Source: Pavona decussata
Taxonomy: Eukaryota
Length of the DNA stretch: 64,000 nucleotides
Assembly: GCA_977016875.1 (NCBI GenBank)
Contig: CDRNST010000226.1
Span: forward strand, 930,001 to 994,000
Direction: 5' to 3'
A model generated the notes under the pieces. It searched no databases, was not told the origin of the DNA, and saw only the letters and a list, made by a program, of their open reading frames with translations. Made by a program: the position numbers and the translations under genes. This document shows, piece by piece, positions 50,597 through 61,298 of the stretch. Every line of letters begins with the position of its first letter. Positions within the stretch are counted from its first letter, which is position 1.

Positions 50597-53500
50597 GGCA
50601 GACAGGCAGACAGTGGTAACAGTCGTTTATTGTGATTGAAATTTTAGACGATAAATGAGAAGCATTGGGGTCAGAACTAAACTGTCTTTTTTTTTCATAT
50701 CTTTCCACATATGAATGCTGGACTGTACGGTCAATAAAGCGGTCTTGTTGTAGGCGCAAGTATCCAGGGCTGGACTGTACGGTCATTACCCGGAGAGAAA
50801 GAGGAAAATGTTAAATTTGTTATTCTCTATTACTTAAAAGGTTGTTGTCAGATTACAGTCAATTTCTGTCCTCTTGATCCAGTACCCGCGAGTTTTCAAG
50901 TTAGGTAAGATTAAAAAAAGAGAGAGAGAGACACTTTGTAATTTGCAAGCTTAGGATATCAAGCTTCGTTACTCATATGACACCTGTAAAAGAGCAAAGT
51001 GTGTATTTCATTCGCTATATGCGGGCAATGTATACCTATGTAGTTGTCTGAACAGAGAAAATCTAACTGTACTCCAGTGTAGTGTTTTATTTCAGCGATT
51101 TAAAGCACTGTTTTGTGAAATAACGTTTGAAAATCGCCATTCATGTTTTATTCATGTTTTATCTGTCACGGAGATTCCTCTGTGTTTGGGTGGAAACTGC
51201 TCAAATATTTGACAAGGTACTTTTTACCAACATTAAATTGCTCTTTGAGCACCGAGAAGAACATATTAACAAACTATGATCAGTTTTTTGGCGATTTTCC
51301 AAAATTGCAATCCATTTCAATTTTGGCTATCCGAGGCCAAAGATAACTAGCACTAGTTTCTGTGTGGTAGTAGGGTTATTGTTAACAAAACTGAACCATT
51401 ACTTTAACAATTCCGTCGATTCAAATATGTTTTTTGACCATTCAAAGTAACATCGCAAATAGGTGACACTGCCCCTTTAAGACATGCCTTATGCAAGGTT
51501 TCTTTGTTTTCAGGGCGGTGTTCAGTGACGAGAATGGCCTTACGTGCGCAGTGAAGCTGGATGATTTACCGGTTCATTTTTCGGACTTGTTTATTCCTCT
51601 TCGGGTTCCTGCTCAGTTTGAGGTAGACATCTTTTTTTTTTTTCTATCTTCTTACAAAATACAAACTGAGAAAACATTGGTGTGTTATTAGGAAATATGA
51701 TGACATCGATGGATGTCTCTACCTTAAAGCCCTTTAACCCCTAATATCGAAGAACAAATTCTCCTTTCTTGTCCCTATACCTCTCTTATAAACGAAAGAA
51801 GTTATTGAAATATCAAGGCAATTACCGTGGGTGATCATATCCTCAATTCTCATGACCTCAGGGGTTGAATAAGCATTGATATTACAGGAGAAATTTGATA
51901 CTTATCACTGTTAGGGCTTAAAGGGTTAAAGAAGATACTTTGGTCTACATTGTCTCTGCCTAACGACGGAGCCCCCCTACATATACTTCAGTGGAAATAA
52001 CGGATAAAGTTGTAATAATTCAAAGCGAATTGCGTAGATAGTCACTCATTTTGGAACTATAGTGGCTTGTCATTGCGCCACACAGCCAAGATCCTTAAAA
52101 ACGTTCTTAAGTCACATTGCTGACTTGTCCATGGCTACGTACGTGCGGAGCGGGGAAGGGAGTGGGGATGGGGGGTTGTGGCAGGGGACACTGTGACCCG
52201 CTGGATAGTTACCCATTTTGTGAGACGGGAGCTCCGCTGTTAACTTTGCCCAGGTCTTTAAATAGCTCCTAGCAATTTTTTTGATATAACAAAACAAACA
52301 TTCCAGGGCCGGACGAGCCTGAAATGAGCTAACATCGACACAGCAGGTGTCGATGTAATCCCCGATTAAGAATTAAGCGAGGTTTTCATTTCGCTTTTTT
52401 TAAAATGTTTTTAAACGTTAATGGTAAAGAAAAGGCTAAGTCAAAATTAAGGCACAAAAATCTTTTTGAAGAATCTTGATTGAGTTGTAATTAAACTGGA
52501 ATCAAAGTGCACGTTAACCGAGGATTACCTTAATTGTTTTTTGTTTTTGTTTTTGTTTTTGTTTTTTTTGGTTTTGTTTTTTTACTGGACCCTGTTTGTT
52601 TCATGCTACGAAGATTCAGCTAGCAGCCACCTCTTGCATTTCCTTCCGGCAACCCTGCTTTCCTTTTACTGAATATTTAGTATGTTTATCGTGGATTGTT
52701 TATGAAATTTTACTCTTTTATTTTAGACGTTTCCACTCTCAGTGATCAAGGGAGAGCTTTTCTCTGCGTTATGGGATTGCATCACGAAAGTTCAACGAAC
52801 CAGGTATTCGTCATTTAACAGTTCCACTCCATCACGTTTGCTTCACCTTTGTTGTATTCTTCCTTTGCTCTTAGCGCCATTCAACTTGAGAAAGAATTAA
52901 TCGTCTTCTGTTATTTGCCTTTGCAGTGGAGACCCCACAGGCACTGGGGCCGAGTCCATTGTCTGTCTCTCGGTTGAGTGGAGCACCATGGGAAGGATCC
53001 TAGAGGAGCGCCTGCTTCCTTTTGTTACGAGTGCTTCAGGTAAGTAAACACACTGAACAGCTTTCCAGGTTGTCATATATTCCTTCAATACAAGGTCCAC
53101 TATTGCCATAGGTCAGTTTAACCAGTTAGTCCAGCGAAGTTAACCAACAGTAAACCGTTAAGGCGGGGGTAAACCTGAAAGCCGTTTTCACGCCGCTTAA
53201 AATCAGTGTCATGGAAATATCTCGTTCACGTTTCAAGCAATCCAGAAACTCTCTGCTCATTCCGTGAATCTATGTTGTGGGGTGTTTTGTGAATTTTTGG
53301 GTGATTTTTGAGTATATTTGGGAGGAGATAGTATTTCTAGAAGGATTAGTAAAATTTAGAGAAATAAGAAATATTGAAGATTTAGTGAAGTTTTAAAATT
53401 AGAGTTTGTAGTTAATAATTAATAGACGGAAACCAAGTTAGTCCACTAGCAACCTGGGGTGCTCTTGCGTGGGTATCAACTGTCTGTTGGTGTTTCAAAA

Positions 53501-54265
53501 ATCATTTTCTTTCTTTATCCCTTCTTTAAACCTCTTAAAATTACATTCAAATTCACGTTTACCCCCACCTTAACACAACGAAAGGAGGAAAAACGAAAAA
53601 TCAGGAAAAGTCTCATGAATTGTAGAAGCCTTTAGCAGGCACAATCAATAGCGCAAGTATTGGTTATTGGCACAAAGAATTTGCCGGTAGATCCACGATT
53701 TGCCAGCAGGTACCCCGCTTCTCCTTTCTACCAGACTCTGCTCTTTGCTCTCCGTATCGAGATGTGTTACTTGCGCGCATGACAATAATTGAACCCGAGC
53801 TCGCAGGGTAGAATTATGGGATATAAGAGCCATCTGGTGAGAAGGTCTGCAATAGGTGCAACCGCCACTTTGTTCTCGTGAAACCTTTTTGTTGTTGGCA
53901 TGGCGAAATACCGCTTACATGTCAGTGAATTTGAGCTCGAGTCAACTTCACAGGAATTAGAGATTGATTCAAAGAGTGAAGAAGTTGAGTAAACAGAGCT
54001 GTGCATGGTGACAGGATGGCGTGAGAAGCGCGTTTATACTTTAGCGAAACCGTTTGTTTTTGTTACCGGTATCAATGCAACCGATAACAATTGCTTTTCA
54101 GATGATGAAGTACGACTTGGGATATTCTTACCACCACTTCAGCATCTTCTGTTAAAATTCCGTCCTCTCAATCAAACAACTGTGGTCTCCGTGGCAACGG
54201 ATGATTGGCGTCTGCTTCAGGTGGTGGAGTCTTATCTTCTGCAGTTCGAGCTGGTCAGTGGGTAA
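29116..54265 (+). CDS. AP5B1: AP-5 adaptor complex subunit beta-1
   Basis: N-terminus MTSVVSNWTKNVEEFRRSPESFLA; internal RKTACECLWELEMSYPGLL, WSVGNCVLAVC and DIRDRARFYYCLL; C-terminus IFLPPLQHLLL...ATDDWRLLQVV. All resemble AP5B1. Exons (approx.): 29116-29232, 30269-30334, [30810-30838, 32137-32215] and/or [33496-33530, 33981-34059], 34152-34196, 35005-35064, 35563-35637, 36341-36418, 37131-37192, 37889-37943, 38146-38199, 38370-38504, 38806-38844, 38983-39057, 39173-39228, 40207-40294, 40873-40960, 41710-41775, 42629-42782, 43035-43124, 45222-45357, 46084-46219, 46717-46764, 47796-47854, 48629-48686, 48796-48871, 49461-49546, 49639-49715, 50168-50255, 50366-50416, 50841-50904, 51514-51622, 52727-52803, 52927-53039, 54102-54265. 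Confidence 0.9.
29238..29520. mobile_element. MITE in AP5B1 intron 1
   Basis: TIR taaggacggtgcctact / agtagacaccatccttaa. Confidence 0.65.
31398..32015 (-). mobile_element. L2/CR1-group LINE 3' fragment
   Basis: ORF 31699-31959 LQWLPVKFRIIFKV...KALHGLAPAYLS...GDRASSVAAPFLWNSLP is a typical L2 ORF2 C-terminus. Confidence 0.8.
32562..32827. mobile_element. MITE
   Basis: TIR tacagtaatttcaactaacgttgtcg / cgacaacgttaattgaaatagctgta. Confidence 0.65.
34250..34690 (+). mobile_element. L1/Tx1-type LINE 3' fragment
   Basis: Translates to LNYLIVLGKLHLWNCRRN...KYETE...KW, followed by an A-rich tail. Confidence 0.6.
39600..40029 (+). mobile_element. L2 LINE 3' fragment with (TAT)n tail
   Basis: Translates to TYKALNGLAPSYLSDL...YGDRAFSVCAPKLWNDLP. 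The 3' stem-loop aagcgcc...ggcgct is followed by (TAT)n. Confidence 0.8.
40374..40812 (-). mobile_element. tRNA-derived SINE with V-domain-like core and expanded (TTGA)n-type tail
   Basis: Minus strand: A box tggtgcagtggt, B box ggttcgattcc, core gggtactccggttttcccctctcctcaaaa. The tail is the compound microsatellite at 40374-40548. Fragments also at ~33585-33627, ~41365-41500 and ~49115-49160. Confidence 0.75.
43790..45118. mobile_element. Nest of four MITE/palindromic insertions in an AP5B1 intron
   Basis: The outer palindromic repeat is split at 44040/45049. Element B (44041-45048) has TIR aaggccc...gggcctt. Element C (44058-44477) has TIR ggctggtttccatatgatcgc. An inner copy C' spans 44155-44380. 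Confidence 0.8.
46383..46570. mobile_element. MITE
   Basis: TIR atagatctttttcataaatggcggccgat / atcggccgccatttatgaaagaggtctat. Confidence 0.7.
46765..47795 (+). other. U12-type (minor spliceosome) GT-AG intron in AP5B1
   Basis: The 5' site GTATCCTTT is an exact U12 consensus. A branch-point-like TCCTCAAT at 47777-47784 ends 11 nt before the exon. Phase 1. Confidence 0.75.
47138..47517. mobile_element. TTAA-flanked MITE (Kolobok-like AGGG ends)
   Basis: TTAA-aggggcactatcac...gtgacacaagccct-TTAA. A related copy lies at ~51160-51480, and an empty-site paralogue at 2999-3002. Confidence 0.75.
48035..48222. repeat. Minisatellite, ~27-bp unit gccaagcgcgggaaaatatgtagc
   Basis: About 6-7 degenerate tandem units. 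Confidence 0.85.
50538..50612. repeat. (CCAA)n(CAGA)n microsatellite
   Basis: Directly visible. Confidence 0.9.
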
Positions 54266-54632
54266 CTGCATCCAACTTATCAACCTTGAACCTTGACACC
54301 CGAGCTGGAGAAGCCTGATGGCTCAACCAAACCGGCTGATTGGCAGTTTCAGCAAGCAGCGTCTCATTTTCTTGCGACACTTGATGGACTTTGCCGAGCT
54401 TTTCCGAGATCTTAACACCCGGTCAAAAATGGTCACGAACACTCCCGAAATGAGTGCAAATCATCTTCAACAGTGAAACGAGCTTACCGATGAATTCGGT
54501 GAAGTTATTTGTAAACCTAAAGCAACTGATCTTCAGGTGGTCCGAGGAGAGAAGCAGCCGACCAGTTCGGACGCTCTGAGGTTTTACAGCTACCACGAAC
54601 GGTTTATAAATTCGCTTGAAAATGGCGAATGC

Positions 54633-54732
54633 CAGCGTCCCTCCGCAGTCGTTTTTACGGGACTCATATTACCGTCCTCCCCACGAGAGGAGGTTAATAC
54701 GAGTACCCTAAAAACGGCTGCTTGGGAGGCTA
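54633..54732. mobile_element. Short hairpin MITE with 9-bp TSD GGCGAATGC
   Basis: Inverted arms agcgtccc...gggaggcta flanked by the direct repeat ggcgaatgc. Confidence 0.7.
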
Positions 54733-55923
54733 GGCGAATGCTGGATGTTTGTGCCGGTTGAAAAGAGCTGAGGATGTTTCTTTCTCTGGACATGCGCAAT
54801 GCAACGGCATTGTTACACTTTGTGACACCCCGTTGCAAATGAAGTTTCGAGAAAATTTTGCTATGAGGAATTCGTGTATATTGTAAATGTACTAAATAAT
54901 ACACTGTAAACGATGCAAATAAATGTTTTTCTTTTTTATTTTCGATAAATGCCTGATATATTCTAAGATCGCGCAAGGGATGTAAACATTAAACAAGCCT
55001 ATTTCTTTCTTGTTTGCATTGTATACATCGTCTAGCGGATATTTAGAGTGCTTAACCCATGGTGCGCATATAGTATTTTATAATTAAACGCATTGTAACA
55101 CTGTCCAAATATGGTCATGGGTGTTCAATATTCGTCGTGTGTACAAAGTAGACATTTAACAATTATCCTGAGAAATCGCACGGAATATCACTTAATATGT
55201 ATGAATGTAGCACTTGGACGTTTAATTTATCTAAAATGAACAGGGGCATATAAAAAAGATAAGTTGCATTCCCTTGTCTAAAGCAAGAGGTATTTTAAGG
55301 TTATATACAGGATAACGAATGGCATAACAGTGAAGTACAGCTCAATTGCTTACACGTGGATGACAATGGTCTAACGGCAACGGTTTCATTCTCAAACTCA
55401 AAAGATCCAGAGACGTGATTGATAGGGTCTAAACACTACTGCGCGGAACGTGATTCTCCAAACAGAATTAACGAGTTACTTCACTTGCGAGTCGGTGTCC
55501 ACATGTATGTTATAGGGCGATTAATTATCGTTTGACCTTGAAGTGGTTACGCGCGAACAAGACAACAAACGAACTGGAAAATGACAATTTGACTGCATGG
55601 TTTAGCGCACAAAAACAAATGTGGGCTGTTTGTCGTTTTCGACCTAGTACCCGAGAACATTTTAGAAATTAATTGACGTCGAACAAGTAATCAGTCAGAT
55701 GCACTTGTGGGTGTTCCATAACAGGAAAACGAAGGAGGCTTTGTTTTGGTTTTGTTAACTAGTGGCAAAAGAAACAAAGAAAACTTAACAGAAACTATAT
55801 TTCAAAGTCAGACGAAACTCGGCCTATCCTCAAATTCAGATCTCTATGAGAGTGTGGGAATGGATTAAGGGTTTCGGCCTGAAACACTTCATTTAAGAAT
55901 CATGAAAGAGTGCTTATTACGTT

Positions 55924-56625
55924 CTAGCGTAAGCTCATGGGTTCCATTCCACTACCCGGCAAGGATTTTAGCCACTGTATACATTTTTGTCTGTTGTCCT
56001 CGAAGTAGAATTCTCTCTCCAGCGACAATGCTTGGGAGCATCGTCCTGAATTCTTGTTTGCTGGAACTGCCTTTTTCTGAATGCCTTCTTTTCCTTGAAA
56101 TGGCGTCTTTCGAGCTTTAACGCCCTTCATGTGTTGTCCTTTGTTGAAATTGGTAGTTTGTTCTTTATTTTGTCCTCTAGTTTTAACATTTGTACTGATT
56201 TTGTCGTTGAAAGCTGAAATCCTTCTAAGCCACTCAGAATATCGGCCCTCCGGAAACTTCACGTCTTCATGTCTTCGTTTCCCAGCACTGCCGGCGGCTG
56301 TTTTCTCCATATTTGGCGTTTTCGTCGTCGTTTGCCGCCTTTCAAGCAGCGAGCTACACCAACTGGTTTCCCGCCGAAAACTGGAACCGCGGCTGTTTTT
56401 GGCGGGAGTTTCTGAAGATCTCCTAACTAGGGGCAATCCCTGAGTTTCTTGCATTTTGTTTTGTTTGTTCCCAGTCTTTGGGGCGTCAGGCAAACCGGAC
56501 ATCTTTCGAGGCGTAAAACCTTCGTCTTTGTACTCGAGAGATATCATTGATTTTTGAACAAGCGTGGGCATACTGCCGTATTTTCTTGTCAGTTGTACCG
56601 AAGGCAATTCTTTTCCCGTCGCCAT
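55924..56625 (-). CDS. Uncharacterised basic, probably disordered protein (~233 aa) with C-terminal KCIQWLKSLP motif
   Basis: Long non-repetitive ORF (55924-56706). A splice acceptor tttcag at ~56651 lies just upstream of ATG 56625 (MATGKELP...). A candidate upstream non-coding exon ends at a GTAAG donor near 58775. Confidence 0.6.
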   Translation of the reverse strand: MATGKELPSVQLTRKYGSMPTLVQKSMISLEYKDEGFTPRKMSGLPDAPKTGNKQNKMQETQGLPLVRRSSETPAKNSRGSSFRRETSWCSSLLERRQTTTKTPNMEKTAAGSAGKRRHEDVKFPEGRYSEWLRRISAFNDKISTNVKTRGQNKEQTTNFNKGQHMKGVKARKTPFQGKEGIQKKAVPANKNSGRCSQALSLEREFYFEDNRQKCIQWLKSLPGSGMEPMSLR

Positions 56626-56747
56626 GAAAAGTCCCAAAGTATGCTTTTCGCTGAAATGGAAGAATATTTCCGAAGGTAAGCGGTAAAATGAAAGCCGAAA
56701 AGGCAAATGAATTGTTCGGTTGCGGTTGGGTGAAACAAAGCCTACAA

Positions 56748-56893
56748 AATACCTGTGTCACCGACTGAATAATGCATCACTCTCATTTATTTACCACACT
56801 TAAAATGTACCATTTATTTTATTGCTCATGTGCCACACATCGACATTCAAATCCTAACAGTATCTGTAGAATGTTTGTCACATGAACCTAGTT
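56748..56893 (+). mobile_element. Third partial copy of the tRNA-Thr-derived element (no tRNA part)
   Basis: cctgtgtcac...gaataat...gccacacatcgacattcaaatccta...catgaacctagtt aligns to 62625-62770. Confidence 0.7.
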
Positions 56894-57304
56894 GAATTTA
56901 CTTGTTGCTGTTTACACACTTTTGTCTGGGAAAGAGTTCATCCCAGGATAACTTCTTCCTAATACTAAGCACTGAGATGAAATGTCATTCCGGGAATGAA
57001 ACGAGACGAAAAATATGATCTCACTAGGATGAACGTCGGTTCCCACTCCACATACTTTGTTTACAAGTTGCGTCTACTATTCGTAGTAGTAAACTAAAAT
57101 CCAGATCGAAGAAACGCAAACAATATTTTTTCCACTCTAATCGTGTTGTTGTGTTAAATTGTGTCATCAATGCCCTTTTTTGACCAAATTTTGTCGCGGT
57201 CGGGGTGAAGTTCTTCTCAGGCGAGGAGGGTTTTATCCCTGATTCCCGGGACGAAATAACTCATACAAGTAAACAAAAATCTTCATCGTTCTGGGAAGAG
57301 GTTG

Positions 57305-57685
57305 AACTTCATCCCGGGACGAGATTCTTCTCGATTTACTTATAAAAAGACATTTTTCCGAAGTCAAACGAAACACAAGTTATTGACCAATCATAACATT
57401 ATCAGCTTCTCCGCTATTTTAAGACTTAAGTGATTCCATTAGCGCGAAGTGTCTTTCCTTTTCCAAGCGGCGAGTGACAGTTGTTCCCATAAATTCATCC
57501 TAGGACGAAATTCTTCTCGATTTACTTATAAAAGGACTTTTTGAAGCATGCCGAAACACACATTATTGACCAATCACAACACTAACAGCTTCGATTCTCA
57601 GCTAGTATTGTACTGAAAAGACTTTATAACTGAGATTTCCGTTAGTGCCAATTTCCTAGCGGCGAGTGACAGTTGTTCCCATAAA
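57305..57685. repeat. Diverged tandem duplication of ~190 bp
   Basis: ttcatcc..ggacga.attcttctcgatttacttataaaa...ttattgaccaatca...agcggcgagtgacagttgttcccataaa occurs twice in tandem. Confidence 0.85.
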
Positions 57686-60600
57686 ACTAATTAAACTTGG
57701 TTTACGTGCAAACAGATTGCTTCGTTTGTATACAAAACTGAAAGGCTTAACGGGGAAAAACATTATTGCTAGTTTACTGGAGGTCAAAATAAAACGAACA
57801 GTAGGGAAAACTATCAATATTTTTTTACCGTCACGTAGATGGTAACAAGTTGTTATTTTTTTTCTGCAGCAACTGAAGATGGTAAGATATATTTGTTAGA
57901 CTATTCATCAAGTTAAATGGAAGCTAAATAAATTTTATTGTTTTTCTTGGCATAGCACTTGTCAATAACCTGTTCGTGGTTTTTAATCTTATTTATTTTG
58001 AGGACTTCAAAGGTGGAAAAATATTAACCGCAATTCGTCCGTTATGTATAACAGAAAATCCTCGACAATTCAACGACAATGCGTTCAACTTGGAGCCTTA
58101 AAGCCTCTCGAAACTCCTTCTTTTGTCTTTAAAATCCCTTCTGTTGCGTAGGAGAAAATAAATTTTCACTCCCGAATCAAGATGTGCACGAAACCACTGT
58201 ATTTTCCCTCAAATCCTAGTTTCTATTATCCAGTATTTTAGTTTTATTTGACGTTTACTTATGATAACTCAGTATGTGCTTTATTTTCCGTCGAAGACAT
58301 TTTCCACATTTCGTCCAAAATTGTCAACTTTACATCAAACATTTCTTTTGCTGTTTGCAGTTCATTAGAAATCCCGGTTTTCGTTTTTAAAATCATCTCT
58401 TCCGTTGCTCGAATATATTTCACCGATTTTGCGTTCATCTTTCTCTTAAGAATCTACACATAACGTAAAACAATTCAATATTTATTTTAGTCATTTTACT
58501 TGAGACAGCCAAGTTTTCGGCCACTTCACAAGTTAAACGGAAACATTAAATATACACGACGACTTGGCGATCAAATATGAAGGACAAAACCTGTGGAAGG
58601 GTTAAATTTGAAGATAGTGCACATTGAATTATTTACCACACATTTCAAGAAGATTTTCCACCTTACATAATCGAAAATCTCGAATAATTAGGTTTACACA
58701 GCACATTTCTTGGGAAGGATACACAATTAGCGCTCACCCACAGATACACAAAGATATCATGAATGATTTCTTACCCTGCGCTTTGCAGTGATGCTTCTGT
58801 GTCAAGAAGGAAGACAAGAAATACCGAGGTTGTTTTGCTAAGTTCCAAATTTACCCGTATAAATTCGCTTTTTCCTGTTATTGAAGTCCCGCGGTAGTCT
58901 TGTTACCAAGGGCTCACAACCTTCGTATACCCTAATTTTCGCAATGAGCATTGTGTTGAGACACTAATTGATATAATACAATTTTAAGTTTATTTGTCGA
59001 TATACGTCACAGCGCGTAGGTGTTTTGCCATTGGCAGTTCGCCGAGAATCGCAAATTATGAATACATGTATGACACGGAATGATAACTGATGAAAAATAA
59101 AATGACCCCTTGTGATATTTTTATACCTATACATTGCAAGAAGTTTCGCGAGCTGCGGATGACACCTGTTTCTAGAATAAAGAAATCTTTTTGACAGTTT
59201 CCTGGTTTTAAAGTAAATTATCTAGTGACTACGCAAATTTCCATTTTTATTTGTAAACTATCAGTAGGAAGCTTCTGAATACATTAAATTTGTATTCTTT
59301 ATATTTCAGCGGGAATTCTGTCTTCTCTGGCTGTGCTTATTCGTATAGAGAATAAACTGACGCTTTCTTGCACCATGAGTCGTCATTCTTTTGGCGCCTC
59401 TTTTCACGAAAAATTTAATTTCATGTTAATCTGAATAGAAAAACGAGTCAAGCCGAGGAATAACATTTTTGCACGGCAGTACCTCCCTGGAAGCCTTATG
59501 CTACCAAATCCAAATTGGTTAAAACGGACAATGACAACGGTAATTATTTATATACAGTGCAATACATTACCATAATTATGTATAGACTGAGCGATGTCCT
59601 CGACTCGATCCGGTCGATGAAAACGGATGTTGTTGTTTATGAAGAAACTGGTTTCGCTTTCACCACGGCTAATTGTTAAGGCACAGCAAAGGAGAGACAC
59701 AAAAAACATTAACGAGTGAAACAGATAAGCTCTAAAAGAAATACGATAAAGTTGTAGCTCATGAATGGTCAAAATACTTTTGTCAATGTATTCATAACAC
59801 CCACGTACTTCTGCACACATGAATTATTCTTATCGTGTGGGCCAGAGAGCTTAATTACCGCATACGTACGTCTTTGGTTAAACACGAATTAAACTATAAT
59901 AAAGCTTTTGTTGTGTTTTATTCTTATACAATCCTTTGACGTGTTCAAAGCGGGTTTGGCCTTTAAACTGTTAGTTTTATCATGGTTAATCCACAACAGT
60001 AAAGGAGGAACGTGGATAGGATATTATAGGGTGCTAGGGTAATTAAAACAATTTGTCATTTTAAATACCTGGTTTTAAGAAGTTTCCAGCTTTTTCAACA
60101 ATCTCTCTTGTTTTTGTAAATCTCCGTTTTCAAAACATTTCCTATCATTTACCTTTGGACCGGAAGGCCTAAGCGTATTGTGAAAAATTAATATTCAAAT
60201 AAAACATACGTGTGGGCGGGCTCCTCTTGACCTCGTTTGGCCCGGTATTACGGAGTTGCAGTGAGTGTGGCTTTAAATCAAGTGAGACGCTCTCTAACGA
60301 AATCATCCAGAGAGTGAATACGTTACGTTTTGGTCACCTTCATTCAGCTGTAAATCTAACCGCTAGGTATAATTTGTGCCTCCTTAGGCGACTTCCTGTC
60401 TGACACTGGTAACCAGTGTTAAGGGAGGGGGAGGTAGATAAGGTATATACACAATAAAACACCCCCTTTCTAAAAAGCCCTCCCCCTTGAAATTTGTTTT
60501 GTTAACAAGCGCACCCTGTTGTATCGACGGCATCATAAAATGAATCGCTGTCATTTAGCTTCGTTTCATTTTCCACCAAATTTGGCTCAGGTACTTATGA

Positions 60601-61030
60601 AAGGCTGTTCTACAAACCTATTGAGGCTTTTTTTACTTTTGATGAATACAGTTGATGTTATTCCAGGTTGAACTTTTTATAAAATAATGTGTTGCTATGG
60701 CAACGCAATTTGCTGAAAACCGAAATAGCTCAATAGGTTTGAAGAGCCGTGTATGTAGTGTTATTGTGAGAAATATTAGACTTGCTTTGTAAATAGAATA
60801 GAAAAAAAAAAGCATGGGGGCATGAAATTAGCAGAAAATAACCTCTAAGAAGAACTTAGTTAATAATTAACCATAAATTTGCTTATTATGGTATGTAAAC
60901 CATTGCCACATTAGCCTGTGGGCTAGTCTATTTGCATGGAAAATTCTATGATGATACAATAAATAGCAGGAGTTTTATCTGCCTTACAATCTGTTACAAA
61001 TTTGGGCTCAAAATGTAACCAGACTCCCCC

Positions 61031-61190
61031 CTTAAGTTGTGTAGTAACTGCGAGGATCTTTCTTCTATGTCTTTCATCCGCAGCTCATATATTCACATTT
61101 ATTTATTCATCCTTCACGGGTATATTACGAACTCACAATATGACCAGCTCCCAGTTGGCTTGATAGCTCAGTTGGTAGAGCACTGCACCA

Positions 61191-61222
<32 letters not shown>

Positions 61223-61298
61223 CAAGCCTGAATTTTTTTCAGGCTTTCTTTTCGAAACTGCTTAAGTTGCGTAGTAACTGCGAGGATCTTTCTTCTAT
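61031..61298 (+). mobile_element. tRNA-cored element with 38-bp terminal direct repeats (unit 230 bp)
   Basis: cttaagttg(t/c)gtagtaactgcgaggatctttcttctat occurs at 61031-61068 and 61261-61298 (1 mismatch), flanking a tRNA-like cloverleaf. Confidence 0.8.
61157..61229 (+). tRNA. tRNA-like cloverleaf (pseudo-tRNA) inside a repeat element
   Basis: Acceptor GGCTTGA/TCAAGCC, D-stem GCTC/GAGC, T-loop TTCGAAT, intact A and B boxes, then a T7 tract. The anticodon loop CCAGCAT lacks U33 and the anticodon stem has a mismatch. Confidence 0.5.

Noticed and set aside
53645-54006. Two overlapping minus-strand ORFs in the last AP5B1 intron (possible nested gene)
   Set aside because: Short, with no recognisable motif and no convincing splice structure. 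They could be a decayed TE but I cannot support a call.
61157-61229. Functional tRNA-Ala(AGC) gene
   Set aside because: It has C at position 33 and an anticodon-stem mismatch, and sits inside a terminally redundant repeat. Treated as element-borne tRNA-like sequence.
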